A stretch of 64,000 nucleotides of DNA from Thermoproteota archaeon. GTDB taxonomy: Archaea > Korarchaeota > Korarchaeia > B14-G2. Under the pieces are notes generated by a model that was not told the origin of the DNA, searched no databases, and was given only the letters and a program-made list of their open reading frames with translations. Every line of letters begins with the position of its first letter. The stretch's first letter is position 1. Made by a program: the position numbers and the translations under genes. Shown in pieces: positions 10,401 to 20,192 of this stretch. Where the stretch lies: assembly GCA_037917675.1 (NCBI GenBank), contig JAVCBW010000034.1:1-64000 (forward strand). The letters run 5' to 3'.

Positions 10401-10478
10401 CTCTACCCTGCAGCAGCCTCCAGTTGCTTTTAGAAACACCTTTATACCACATGAGTTTATGCTGTAAATGGTGGTTGC

Positions 10479-10901
10479 TTGGATAGGAGAGACCTCGAGA
10501 TCCTGAGGATCCTAGAGGAGAACTCAAGGGTTACGATAGCTGAGATAGCTAAGAAGCTTGGGATAAGCGAGTCGAACGTCAGGAAGAGGATCAGGAGGAT
10601 GGAGGAGAATGGAGTCATAAGGAAGTATACTGTCATAGAGGATCCAGCTAAGCTCGGCTACCATATAGTCGCAATCCTAGGCCTAGACACGATGCCAGGG
10701 AAGAACATAGATGTAGCTAGGAAGCTATCTGAGTTCGATGAGGTCAAGAGGATCATGATATGCAGTGGAAACCACAGCCTGGTAGCTGAGGTCTGGGCTA
10801 GGAGCGGAGAGGAGCTTAGCAAGCTAATATGCCAAAAATACGGGAAGATAGATGGGATAACAAAGGTCTACACGAGCATAGTCCTAGAGAGGGTTAAGTA
10901 A
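10479..10901 (+). CDS. Lrp/AsnC family transcriptional regulator
   Basis: D..D..IL..L..N.R.....IA..LG.S...V..RI HTH plus RAM domain. Confidence 0.93.
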   Translation: MDRRDLEILRILEENSRVTIAEIAKKLGISESNVRKRIRRMEENGVIRKYTVIEDPAKLGYHIVAILGLDTMPGKNIDVARKLSEFDEVKRIMICSGNHSLVAEVWARSGEELSKLICQKYGKIDGITKVYTSIVLERVK

Positions 10902-10910
10902 GGTGTAGAT

Positions 10911-11492
10911 ATGGATGAGGTCGACCGGAAGATAATTGCAGCGCTCCAGGAGGATGGGAGAGCTAGCCTGAAGGAGATAGGAGAGGTCCTCGGCTTCACA
11001 AGCATGGGTGCGAAGAAGAGGCTCGACAAGCTTCTGAAGAGCGGCATGATAAAGGTATCTGCGCTAGTCAACATGAAGAAGGCTAAGGCATATGCTGCAG
11101 TCCTCATGCTCGAGGTAGAGAGCTCAGCTGCATTGAGGAGGATACTAGAGAAGTTCAGGAAGTGCCCTAGAGTGGTCTATGCTTGCTCTACGATAGGAGG
11201 ATATAACATGCTGGTCATGACAGTAGCTGAGGACCTCAGCACGCTGGAAAGCGAGTCCCTGGAGGCCTGCTCTATAAGAAGCCAGCCTGGAGTGAGGAGA
11301 TCAGAGTTCTACCCTATAGGTGAGATATACTACTCCCCATATCTCCCAGTCAGAGTGAGCTTAGCAAGCAGATCGATGGAGAAGGCTCCATGTGGAGCTG
11401 TATGCAAGAGATGTGAGCGATATGCTAGCGAGAGGTGTAGGGCATGCCCCAGCACAGTATACTATAGGGGAGATGCTGAAAGCCTATTCTAG
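10911..11492 (+). CDS. Lrp/AsnC family regulator with Cys-rich C-terminal extension
   Basis: AsnC HTH; tail APCGAVCKRCERYASERCRACP. Confidence 0.88.
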   Translation: MDEVDRKIIAALQEDGRASLKEIGEVLGFTSMGAKKRLDKLLKSGMIKVSALVNMKKAKAYAAVLMLEVESSAALRRILEKFRKCPRVVYACSTIGGYNMLVMTVAEDLSTLESESLEACSIRSQPGVRRSEFYPIGEIYYSPYLPVRVSLASRSMEKAPCGAVCKRCERYASERCRACPSTVYYRGDAESLF

Positions 11493-11529
11493 CAGGCTTA
11501 ATATCTGAGTCTAAGGTAGCTCACCTACC

Positions 11530-12609
11530 ATGAAGGCCGTGAGAGAGCTAGCTTGGCCTCTAGCTCTAGCAGCTCTATATGCTATAGCTAGGCTAGCTGG
11601 AGTAAGGTGGCTTACTACAGCTGCTGCGTTAGCCCTAGGCTGCTGGCTGGTCTATAGGCCATCAGAGTGGGCTGCAGAGGGAATGGAGGGCCTTGGGGCA
11701 GCACTAGGCTTCAGCAGCTACATCTCAGGCGTCCTGAGCAGCCTAGCCTCAAACCTGCCTGAGATAGCCATGAGTAGCAGAGCAGCCTACACAGGAGTCG
11801 TGAGGGGGCTTCCAGAGATGGTGGATCTAGCTTCCCTATCAGTCCTGAGCGCCATAGGCTTCAACATGATGCTGCTAGGTGCAGTCATAGTGCTCAGCAC
11901 TAGAGGAGAGAGGAGCATACCAGCTCCACCTGAAGCCTTAGCTCACGAGCTAGAGCTCATGAGGTTCTCGATAGTAGCTGTGCTCCTGATATCAGCTCTC
12001 GGGCTGCTCTCCTCAGGAGGTCCTGCGAGGGTTCTCCCCAGAGAGGCAGCTAGCCTCCTGGTTGCATCATACATAGTATATGCTGTATTCATGCTGAGGA
12101 GAGGCAGCAGAGAGCCTATGAGCTATGGGAGGCTAGAGGGCAGTGGGAGAGGGCTCAGCCATAGCATAGCTCTAGCTGCAGCTGGCTTCACTGGGATAGC
12201 TGCTGGAAGCGAGATCATAGTAGGCACAGTAGAGGGCTTCCTACACCTTGAGGAGGTAGCTGGAGTCAGCTCTGTTGTCTTAGGTGGAGTTGTCATAGGA
12301 GGCTTAGGGAGCATACCTGAGCACATGATAGCTCTACTACAGGCCTCGAGAGGTGCTCTCAGCTTCAGCCTCGGGAACCTCATCTCAAGCTTAACTCAGT
12401 CGCTTCTCCTGATCCTAGGTGGGATAGGAGTCTTCATACCTATAGTGCTAGATGAGTATGTTGTGTTCCAGCTCATGGTAGCTGCAGTCTCCCTCTGGTT
12501 CCTCAAGAGAAGCATCGTTGACGATGGGAAGCTAGACCTATATGAGGGGGTGATGGTCATTCTAGTCCAGCTCCTAGTGTTCTCACTCCTCCTAAGAGGA
12601 AACCTCTAG
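11530..12609 (+). CDS. Ca2+/cation antiporter (CaCA) family membrane protein
   Basis: Alpha-repeats ASNLPE and GSIPEH, GNLISS, DDGKLDLYEG. Confidence 0.8.
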   Translation: MKAVRELAWPLALAALYAIARLAGVRWLTTAAALALGCWLVYRPSEWAAEGMEGLGAALGFSSYISGVLSSLASNLPEIAMSSRAAYTGVVRGLPEMVDLASLSVLSAIGFNMMLLGAVIVLSTRGERSIPAPPEALAHELELMRFSIVAVLLISALGLLSSGGPARVLPREAASLLVASYIVYAVFMLRRGSREPMSYGRLEGSGRGLSHSIALAAAGFTGIAAGSEIIVGTVEGFLHLEEVAGVSSVVLGGVVIGGLGSIPEHMIALLQASRGALSFSLGNLISSLTQSLLLILGGIGVFIPIVLDEYVVFQLMVAAVSLWFLKRSIVDDGKLDLYEGVMVILVQLLVFSLLLRGNL

Positions 12610-13536
12610 CCTCACTCCAGCTGTAGAGGCTTCAACTACCCCTCTCTCTACGTCACCGAACCCCCATAGCATGTATGGTGTAGTGTGTACTGCAGCATGC
12701 TCTCCAAGGCTGTTCAGGCATATAACACCGCAGTCTAGGCCAGTCCTCCTCTTCATGTACTCGAGGGCAGCTGAGGCAGCTAGCCTAGGGCTCAGCTTCT
12801 GCTCCATGAAGCCTACCACACTCTTCGCTAGGCAAGCTCTGATAGCAGCTTCTCCAATCCCTGTAGCAGAGCAGCCTCCAGCTAGGTCAGCATATGTTCC
12901 ACAGCCTATGAGTGGCGTGTCCCCTATCCTGCCAGGAAGCCTCAGGATCAGCCCTCCAGTTGAGGTTGCAGCCGCGACATTCCCCTGAGAGTCTACTGCG
13001 ACAGCTCCAACAGTCCCTGTGAGGCCAGGGTACTCTTCTAAGAGCTTCCTTATACTGAGAGCCCACGTGAACCCATACTCTCCAGCCTTCTCCATAGCTC
13101 TCCTCCACCTCCTCAGAGCTCTCTCAGTCTTTAGGTCAGCTAGCTCAAGCCCAGCTTCCCTAGCCAGCTTCTCAGCCCACTCCCCAGTGAGCAGTACATG
13201 TGGAGTCTTCTCCATGACTAGCCTAGCAAGTGAAACAGGGTTCTTAACCCTCCTCACACATGCTACTGCTCCAGCTCTCAGCGTCCTACCGTCCATTATG
13301 CTAGCATCCATCTCAACTTCCCCTATGTAGTTCAGGGAAGACCCTGTTCCAGCGTTAAACAGCGGGGAGTCCTCCATCACTCTCACAGCAGCCTCGACAG
13401 CATCGAGAGGCCCTCCACTAGACAGGGCTCTTAGCCCTACCTCCACACTTCTCCTTATGACCTCAACTCTCTCCTTAGCCTCTCTTCGGCTGAGCTCCCA
13501 TCCTGCTCCACCATGAACTATGACTGCAGCTTTCAT
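12592..13536 (-). CDS. Isoaspartyl peptidase/L-asparaginase (Ntn hydrolase)
   Basis: IVHGGAG, EMDASIMDG, GTVGAVA, ATSTGG, GRIGDTP. Confidence 0.95.
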   Translation of the reverse strand: MKAAVIVHGGAGWELSRREAKERVEVIRRSVEVGLRALSSGGPLDAVEAAVRVMEDSPLFNAGTGSSLNYIGEVEMDASIMDGRTLRAGAVACVRRVKNPVSLARLVMEKTPHVLLTGEWAEKLAREAGLELADLKTERALRRWRRAMEKAGEYGFTWALSIRKLLEEYPGLTGTVGAVAVDSQGNVAAATSTGGLILRLPGRIGDTPLIGCGTYADLAGGCSATGIGEAAIRACLAKSVVGFMEQKLSPRLAASAALEYMKRRTGLDCGVICLNSLGEHAAVHTTPYMLWGFGDVERGVVEASTAGVRLEVSS

Positions 13537-13586
13537 GAGGCACCCCTCCGTACTCAGCTTTTATCTAACTCTCATATTTCATCCTG

Positions 13587-14054
13587 GTGTCCTGCTTGAG
13601 GAGAGAGTACCCTGAAGCACCGCTAGTCGGGGTAGGTGTCCTGATACATGATGAGCAAGCAAATAGGATTGTGCTGGTAGAGAGGGGTGCTCCTCCAGCT
13701 GAGGGTAAGCTCTCGCTTCCAGGAGGGCTAGTTGAGCTAGGGGAGACTGTTAGGGCAGCTGCTGCCAGAGAGGCCTTAGAGGAGACTGGGCTAGAGGTGG
13801 AGGTCCTAGAGCTCATAGATGTCGTAGACACCATAGTATATAGGCCAGGAGAGAGCAAGCCGATCTACCACTATGTGCTCATAGACTTCCTAGCTAAGCC
13901 GGTAGGAGGCTCACTGAGAGCTGGAGGAGACGCTAGGGAGGCTATGTGGGTCAGGCTAGAGGACATCCCAAAGCTAGCAGGTAGGGTCACAAAGTCTACT
14001 CGAAGGATCCTAGCTAAGGTAGGCTTCCTTAAGCTTAAGTCTCCAGGCAGCTAG
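13587..14054 (+). CDS. Nudix hydrolase (ADP-ribose pyrophosphatase-like)
   Basis: Nudix box GGLVELGETVRAAAAREALEETGL. Confidence 0.93.
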   Translation: MSCLRREYPEAPLVGVGVLIHDEQANRIVLVERGAPPAEGKLSLPGGLVELGETVRAAAAREALEETGLEVEVLELIDVVDTIVYRPGESKPIYHYVLIDFLAKPVGGSLRAGGDAREAMWVRLEDIPKLAGRVTKSTRRILAKVGFLKLKSPGS

Positions 14055-14199
14055 AGGCTCATGGTGCTAGCCTTGATCAGGGAGGTGCTACCTAGAGTAT
14101 TCCAGGTCGACCTCAAGCCATCTGGCCTCGAAGGCCTAATATCATCCTACATACTAGCTGGAGAGAAGGCTGCGATAGTAGATCCAGGCCCCTCCTCAG
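14030..14199 (+). repeat. 170-bp direct repeat, left copy
   Basis: Identical by eye to 20023-20192 (TAAGCTTAAGTCTCC...GGCCCCTCCTCAG). Confidence 0.95.
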
Positions 14200-14273
14200 T
14201 AATTCCACCGAGCACCCCAGCTTCCACCCTAATGTTCCCAGATATATGGTTCATTGCTCCTGCTCCTCCATAA
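14061..14273 (+). pseudogene. Truncated duplicate of the MBL-hydrolase 5' end
   Basis: First 46 codons identical to ORF 20054, then runs into island sequence. Confidence 0.85.
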
Positions 14274-14467
14274 ATGACTTCTCCAGTTGGAAGCATGAAG
14301 TATAATAGCGAGGTATAATAGCTTCTTTGCATGCCTTAAGGTACAGTGGCTCTCCAACCTGGCTTCAAGCAGCTTCGTGAAGCTTGTATACTACTCCTCT
14401 ACCAACCAACTCCATGTTTACAATTTTCAATACCTTCACAAACCATTTCTAAACTGGCGGTCAACAT
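14200..14467 (-). pseudogene. Truncated, decayed gene remnant at the island's left edge (possibly D-glutamate cyclase/DUF4392-like N-terminus)
   Basis: GAGGTGG RBS then broken frames containing NMELVGRGVVYKLHEAA*SQVGEPLYLKACKE; cut off at the repeat. Confidence 0.35.
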
Positions 14468-14568
14468 GCCACCACCTCGGCTTTAAATGCGGGTTAAAAC
14501 TTTTTTTGAATAGCACACAAATTTTATATTATAATGAAATTTGGGGAAATCGATCAGGGGGTGCTTGT

Positions 14569-15870
14569 ATGAGAAGGCGAGGTATAAGTAGAACCATCAT
14601 GGCTGCCACCGCTGTAATTGTTATAGTGGTTGCTGCAGTAGGAGTATGGCTTTTCACTAGAGCTCCACCAGGAGTCGAGGTTAAAGAGGTTAAAATTGGA
14701 GTAATCCTGCCCCTATCAGGAAAGCTAGCTGAGACAGGTGCAGACTTGAGGCGAGGCATCGAGTTTGCTGTTGGTCAAATAAACGAAGCTGGAGGAATAA
14801 AGAACCTCGGTGGAGCCAAACTCGTTGTGGTATATGGGGATAGCGCTGGCAAGCCTGAGACTGGTGCAGCCGAAGCTGAGAGGCTTATAACAGAGGAGAA
14901 GGTTGTAGCACTACTGGGAGCTTATCAGAGTGCAGTAACCAAGACTGTGAGTGAGGTTGCTGAGCGCTATAATGTGCCACACTTAAACCCGGACTCCACC
15001 TCACCAGTACTTACTGAGAGAGGCTATAAGTGGTTCTTTAGGACAACGCCACACGACGCAATGTTTGCAGCTCAACATGCAGAGTTCCTTGATTACTTAA
15101 ACGAGAAGTTTAACGCTGGGATTAAGAAGGTTGCTATAATTCACGAGGACACCGAGTGGGGAGCTAAGACTGCTGAAGCCTGGCAGAAGTACCTAAAGGA
15201 GCATGGATACGAGGTTGTTAAAGTTGTTAGCTACCATGCAGCAACTGTTACCTCCCTTGACAGCGAAATAGACAGCATTAAGGCTGCTAACCCTGATGCC
15301 CTCTTCGCAGCCTCATATGTATCTGACGCTATTCTACTGGTTAGAACATGCAAGGAGAGGGACTTTAACCCCAAGTTGATCTTAGCTCAAGACGCAGGTT
15401 TCATCAACCCAACCTATGTGAAAGAAGTTGGAAAAGACGGCTACTACATATTCTCTAGAGAAGTATTCAACTGGGATCTGCTTGAAGGAATTCCCAGGTT
15501 AAAGGAGATTAACGAGAAGTACAAAGCTAAGTATGGAGTCGACTTTAATGGAAACTCTGCAAGAGATTACACTGGGATATGGGTTCTCTACTATGCTATA
15601 GAAGAGGCTGCAAAGAAGGCTAAGCCAGCCAATCTCGAGGAGTTCAGAAAGGCCATTAGAGACGCGCTTGCTGCAATGGATCTGCCAGCTGAAAAAATAA
15701 TAATGCCTTGGGCAGGAATTAAGTTTGATGAAAAAGGGCAGAACATAAAGGGAGCCGGCATAATAGTGCAGATGCGTCCAGAAGATGGCAAGTACCACAC
15801 CGTATACCCGCCAGAGGTCGCAACTGTCGATATAATCTTTCCAATGCCCACTTGGGCTGAGAGAGGCTAG
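14569..15870 (+). CDS. Branched-chain amino acid-type ABC transporter substrate-binding protein
   Basis: N-terminal TM anchor, KIGVILPLSG, INEAGGI, WFFRTTPHD; start at ATG after GGGGTG RBS. Confidence 0.92.
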   Translation: MRRRGISRTIMAATAVIVIVVAAVGVWLFTRAPPGVEVKEVKIGVILPLSGKLAETGADLRRGIEFAVGQINEAGGIKNLGGAKLVVVYGDSAGKPETGAAEAERLITEEKVVALLGAYQSAVTKTVSEVAERYNVPHLNPDSTSPVLTERGYKWFFRTTPHDAMFAAQHAEFLDYLNEKFNAGIKKVAIIHEDTEWGAKTAEAWQKYLKEHGYEVVKVVSYHAATVTSLDSEIDSIKAANPDALFAASYVSDAILLVRTCKERDFNPKLILAQDAGFINPTYVKEVGKDGYYIFSREVFNWDLLEGIPRLKEINEKYKAKYGVDFNGNSARDYTGIWVLYYAIEEAAKKAKPANLEEFRKAIRDALAAMDLPAEKIIMPWAGIKFDEKGQNIKGAGIIVQMRPEDGKYHTVYPPEVATVDIIFPMPTWAERG

Positions 15871-15880
15871 CATCCGCACC

Positions 15881-15897
15881 TTCCCTTACTTTTTTAT
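15881..15897 (+). terminator. Pyrimidine/T-rich archaeal terminator-like tract after the binding-protein gene
   Basis: TTCCCTTACTTTTTTAT just after the stop codon. Confidence 0.4.
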
Positions 15898-15935
15898 ATA
15901 TCACTTTGAGAAAGGCTACCAAGGGAGGATTTAGG

Positions 15936-16820
15936 GTGGCTGCGTTGGTGGGTTTCTTAGACTTGATGCGTGCTGTAATCAGTGGGGTTTTGATTGGAAG
16001 CATTTACTCGCTGGTTGCCATGGGATTAGCACTTATCTGGGGGGTTATGGACGTAATAAACTTTGCTCAAGGTGAATTCATGATGCTAGGAGCTTTTACC
16101 ACGTATTGGCTGCTGGCGCTAGCAGGAATAGACCCTCTGCTAAGCTTACCCTTATCCTTCACGTTAGTCTTTGCTCTTGGTGTCCTCACACAGCGAGCAA
16201 TAATCGACAGGATCCTGCATGCACCGGTTGTAAGCCAAATAACAGCAACATTTGCTCTTCTCATGATAATAAGATATGGGGCTGAAGTTGTCTTCGGCCC
16301 TTTCACGAGAAGAGTTGTCACTGGTTACACCGATAAGCTGCTCAGATTCTCCTGGATTACAATCCCCTTAACGAGGATAATCGCCTTTATAGCTTCCATA
16401 CTTGTGGTCGTAGCACTATTCCTCTTCCTTTCAAAAACATACATAGGTATAGCTTTAAGAGCAACCTCTCAAAATAGAGAGGCTGCTGCTCTAATGGGTA
16501 TTAACGTAAGAAAAATGTACTGGCTTGCTTTCGGAATAGGTGTGGGGATATCAGCGATAGGAGGATCGCTCCTCTCAACCTTCCTCCCAATATATCCAGA
16601 GATGGGAGCCTTCTTCTGCTTACTAGCCTTCATCATAGTGGTGTTCGGCGGCTTCGGCAGCGTTTTCGGAGCTTACATAAGCGGCTTAATAATCGGTGTG
16701 GCAGAGGCTGTAAGCGCTCTCTTCATAGCTCCAACACTTAAGGATGTAGTAGCCTTCCTCCTTTTCATCTTAATAATCTTAGTTAGGCCAACAGGCCTAT
16801 TTGGAACTAAAGCAAGCTAG
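15936..16820 (+). CDS. livH: Branched-chain amino acid ABC permease
   Basis: GLALIWGVMDVINFAQGE, GIALRATSQNREAAALMGIN. Confidence 0.92.
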   Translation: MAALVGFLDLMRAVISGVLIGSIYSLVAMGLALIWGVMDVINFAQGEFMMLGAFTTYWLLALAGIDPLLSLPLSFTLVFALGVLTQRAIIDRILHAPVVSQITATFALLMIIRYGAEVVFGPFTRRVVTGYTDKLLRFSWITIPLTRIIAFIASILVVVALFLFLSKTYIGIALRATSQNREAAALMGINVRKMYWLAFGIGVGISAIGGSLLSTFLPIYPEMGAFFCLLAFIIVVFGGFGSVFGAYISGLIIGVAEAVSALFIAPTLKDVVAFLLFILIILVRPTGLFGTKAS

Positions 16821-16828
16821 GTGGTAAA

Positions 16829-17860
16829 GTGGCCAGCATGCTGTCTCTGCTGAAAGCTGAGCTAACTGGTACTCGAGGAGTTATAGTAGCTGGAGTAAGC
16901 ATAGCACTAGTACTAATGCCTATTCTTTTTAAAGCAGCAGACCTGCCCTTCCCAGCTAACACGCTTCTGCTCTGCACTCTATACGCTATCTTAGCTATGG
17001 CATGGAATATTCTAGCAGGCTACGCAGGCCAGCTAAGCATAGGGCACGCTGTATTCTTTGGAGTGGGAGCTTACACCACCATGATACTCATGCTATACTA
17101 CAACATCAGCCCTTGGATAGGCATAGTTATAGGAGGGTTTATAGCAAGCATCGTTGGAGCAGGCCTAGGAGTACCATTCTTCAGGCTGAGAAGCCACTGG
17201 TTTACACTAGCAACAATAGCAGCAGGAGAGATCTTTAAGCTTGCCTTCATACCCTGGAAGTGGGTGGGTGGCTCAGCAGGCCTTCAGCCTCCAATAGTTC
17301 CTCGCGAAAAAGCTCTATACTACCTTCAGTATGCAGGCCCCTATGTTTACATATACATCGCTCTACTCTTCCTCCTTATCGAGCTAGTAGTACTCTATAG
17401 AGTCGTGAACAGTAAAGTAGGCTACTACCTTCAAGCAATTAGAGAGGATGAAGAGACAGCTATGACAATAGGCATCAATCCATTCAAGTATAAAATGATT
17501 GCAATGCTGATAAGTGCCTTTTTCACAGGAATAGGTGGAGGTCTCTACACTATAAGGTTTAGGTTCATAGATCCTTTCGCTGTATTCGACATAATAACGA
17601 TTTCAGTTTACATAGTTGTAGCTGGAATACTTGGGGGAATGTACTCCTTCATCGGACCTGTAGTGGGAGCCTTCCTCTTCATACCTATAACAGAATACGT
17701 GCGAGTTAATGTAGTAGCCAGATTTCCCAGGTATTATGGCTTACAAGTCTTTGTCCTAGGCGTTGTACTACTCATCATTTCCTTAATCCTGCCTGAGGGG
17801 GTAATGGGGTGGTTAAGGAGGAAGGGGTATGTTAAGGAGAAAGTGATTGGAGGTGAGTAG
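16829..17860 (+). CDS. livM: Branched-chain amino acid ABC permease
   Basis: [36 protein letters not shown]. Confidence 0.92.
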   Translation: MASMLSLLKAELTGTRGVIVAGVSIALVLMPILFKAADLPFPANTLLLCTLYAILAMAWNILAGYAGQLSIGHAVFFGVGAYTTMILMLYYNISPWIGIVIGGFIASIVGAGLGVPFFRLRSHWFTLATIAAGEIFKLAFIPWKWVGGSAGLQPPIVPREKALYYLQYAGPYVYIYIALLFLLIELVVLYRVVNSKVGYYLQAIREDEETAMTIGINPFKYKMIAMLISAFFTGIGGGLYTIRFRFIDPFAVFDIITISVYIVVAGILGGMYSFIGPVVGAFLFIPITEYVRVNVVARFPRYYGLQVFVLGVVLLIISLILPEGVMGWLRRKGYVKEKVIGGE

Positions 17861-18587
17861 CTTGGAGCCTATACTTGTCTTAAAAGGAGTTACAAAGAGG
17901 TTTGGAGGGCTAGTTGCAGTTAATAACGTAAGTTTTGACGTTAAGAAAGGCGAGATCCTAGGTCTTATAGGCCCAAATGGAGCCGGTAAAACAACAATTT
18001 TCAACTTAATAACCGGCTTTTACAAGCCTGATGCTGGTAAAATCTTTTTCATGGGAGAAGACATAACTGGAAAGTCTCCATATGTAATCTCTAAAAAGGG
18101 AATTGGTAGAACCTTTCAAATAGTAAAGCCCTTGCTTGGCCTAACAGCTATGGAAAACGTTATGACCGCTGCCCTACTCAAGGCCAAGGACTTCGACGAA
18201 GCTGCTCAAAAATCCCTAGAGTTGCTAGAGTTCACAGGCTTATATCCGAAGAGGTTTGTGAAAGCAGCTTCACTCAATCTAGTTGAGAGGAAGAGGCTGG
18301 AGCTTTCGAGAGCTTTAGCAATAGACCCAGACCTCCTACTTCTAGACGAAGTGGTTGCAGGGCTTAACCCAAGGGAAATCGACGAAGTTTTGGATTTGCT
18401 CAGAGAGATAAATGCGAGAGGTAAGACGCTATTGATAGTTGAACATGTTATGCGAGCTATCATGAACATTTCTCAAAGAATAATTGTACTGCACCACGGA
18501 AGCAAGCTTGCAGAGGGGACTCCCAAAGAGGTAGCAAATGATAGGAGAGTGATAGAGGCTTACCTAGGGGGGAGAGAGGAGGTGTAG
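17847..18587 (+). CDS. livG: Branched-chain amino acid ABC ATPase
   Basis: [35 protein letters not shown]. Confidence 0.93.
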   Translation: MEVSSLEPILVLKGVTKRFGGLVAVNNVSFDVKKGEILGLIGPNGAGKTTIFNLITGFYKPDAGKIFFMGEDITGKSPYVISKKGIGRTFQIVKPLLGLTAMENVMTAALLKAKDFDEAAQKSLELLEFTGLYPKRFVKAASLNLVERKRLELSRALAIDPDLLLLDEVVAGLNPREIDEVLDLLREINARGKTLLIVEHVMRAIMNISQRIIVLHHGSKLAEGTPKEVANDRRVIEAYLGGREEV

Positions 18588-18591
18588 AAGG

Positions 18592-19302
18592 TTGGAGGCT
18601 CTTAAAGTAGAGAATCTAAGCGTTTTCTATGGAGATGTCCAAGTACTCTGGGAGATTTCCTTCAAAGTCGAAAAGGACGAGATTGTAGCGCTCCTAGGGG
18701 CTAATGGAGCTGGTAAAACCACAACCCTGAAAACCATATCAGGGCTATTAAAGCCCAGAGCAGGCTCAATACTCTTCAAGGGAGTGGATCTCACGAAGCT
18801 GGAGCCTCACCAAATAGTGGAAATGGGGATCGCCCATATACCAGAAGGGAGACAACTGTTCCCGCGCTTAACAGTTCTTGAAAACCTTAAGGCAGCAGCC
18901 TACACTAAAAGGGCGAGGAACCATTTCAAAGACTCGGTTGAAAGAGTCTATAATCTCTTCCCTATCCTCAAAGAGAGGAGGAACCAGCTTGCAGGCACAT
19001 TAAGCGGTGGAGAGCAGCAAATGCTAGCCATAGCTAGAGGCTTAATGCTAAGGCCAGAGTTGTTCATGCTAGACGAGCCGAGCTTAGGCCTCGCACCAAA
19101 ACTGGTTATTGAGGTGCTAAGCTTGGTTAAGAAGCTTAGAGAAGAAGGCTACACCATCCTACTAGTAGAGCAGAACGTCCACCAAGCTCTTAAAATCGCT
19201 GATAGAGCATACGTCTTGGAAACAGGCAGGATTGTAAAGTCGGGAACAGGCCAAGAGCTGCTTGGAGACGAAGAAGTTAAGAAGGCCTATCTAGGTCTCT
19301 AG
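18592..19302 (+). CDS. livF: Branched-chain amino acid ABC ATPase
   Basis: GANGAGKTT, LSGGEQQMLA, LDEPSLGLAP, VEQN. Confidence 0.94.
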   Translation: MEALKVENLSVFYGDVQVLWEISFKVEKDEIVALLGANGAGKTTTLKTISGLLKPRAGSILFKGVDLTKLEPHQIVEMGIAHIPEGRQLFPRLTVLENLKAAAYTKRARNHFKDSVERVYNLFPILKERRNQLAGTLSGGEQQMLAIARGLMLRPELFMLDEPSLGLAPKLVIEVLSLVKKLREEGYTILLVEQNVHQALKIADRAYVLETGRIVKSGTGQELLGDEEVKKAYLGL

Positions 19303-19311
19303 GTGAGCTAA

Positions 19312-20025
19312 ATGTATGGCTGGAGAGCTAGAATCGGCTTACTAATACCATCGTCAAACACAACAATGGAGCCAGAGTTCTACAAGATGGCTTCAGAGGG
19401 GGTATCAGTCCACACAGCTAGGATGAAGCTTAAAGAAGTAACAGCAAAAGCACTGGTTGAAATGGAGGAGTATGCTGAAAACGCTGCAAACCTCCTTAGA
19501 GACGCTAAGGTCGATGTAATAGTATATGGCTGTACGACTGGTAGCTTGGTTAAAGGAGTAGGGTATGACCTCAAGCTATCAGCCAAGCTTGAAGAAGCAT
19601 GTGGAAGACCTGTAGTGACAGCTGCCACAGCTGTAGTAGACGCTTTAAAAAAGCTTAAAGCAAAGAAGGTCTGCGTTGCCACACCATACATAGATGAGCT
19701 GAACGAGAAGGAAAAGGCATTTCTAGAGGGTAGCGGCTTTCAAGTGCTGAAGATAAGAGGGCTGGGGCTAAGGGACAACACTGAGATAGGAAAGCTACCG
19801 CCTACAACAGCATACAGGCTGGCCAAGGAAGTTTTCACACCCGACGCAGACTGTATATTTATCTCGTGCACAAACTTCAGAACAATAGAAATAATACAAA
19901 CGCTAGAAGAAGACTTAGGTAAACCTGTTGTCACAAGCAATCAAGCATCAATGTGGGCTGCGTTAAAGAAGCTGGGTATTTCTTTCCACATAAAAGGATA
20001 CGGAAGACTACTAGAGAAAACATAA
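19312..20025 (+). CDS. Maleate isomerase/arylmalonate decarboxylase-like (Asp/Glu racemase superfamily)
   Basis: RIGLLIPSSNTTME, YGCTTGS, FISCTNF, PVVTSNQA. Confidence 0.88.
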   Translation: MYGWRARIGLLIPSSNTTMEPEFYKMASEGVSVHTARMKLKEVTAKALVEMEEYAENAANLLRDAKVDVIVYGCTTGSLVKGVGYDLKLSAKLEEACGRPVVTAATAVVDALKKLKAKKVCVATPYIDELNEKEKAFLEGSGFQVLKIRGLGLRDNTEIGKLPPTTAYRLAKEVFTPDADCIFISCTNFRTIEIIQTLEEDLGKPVVTSNQASMWAALKKLGISFHIKGYGRLLEKT

Positions 20026-20192
20026 GCTTAAGTCTCCAGGCAGCTAGAGGCTCATGGTGCTAGCCTTGATCAGGGAGGTGCTACCTAGAGTATTCCAGGT
20101 CGACCTCAAGCCATCTGGCCTCGAAGGCCTAATATCATCCTACATACTAGCTGGAGAGAAGGCTGCGATAGTAGATCCAGGCCCCTCCTCAG
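20023..20192 (+). repeat. 170-bp direct repeat, right copy
   Basis: Identical to 14030-14199; begins at the TAA stop of the last island gene. Confidence 0.95.

Larger units (their letters stand above)
14200..20022. mobile_element. Horizontally acquired island (Liv-type ABC transporter plus isomerase) between 170-bp direct repeats
   Basis: Flanking perfect repeats; visibly more AAA/TTT/TTA/AATT than the flanks; no integrase or transposase. Confidence 0.75.

Noticed and set aside
14377-14568. N-terminal 64 aa of the binding-protein ORF as given in the track
   Set aside because: It covers an AT-rich promoter region; an RBS supports the ATG at 14569.
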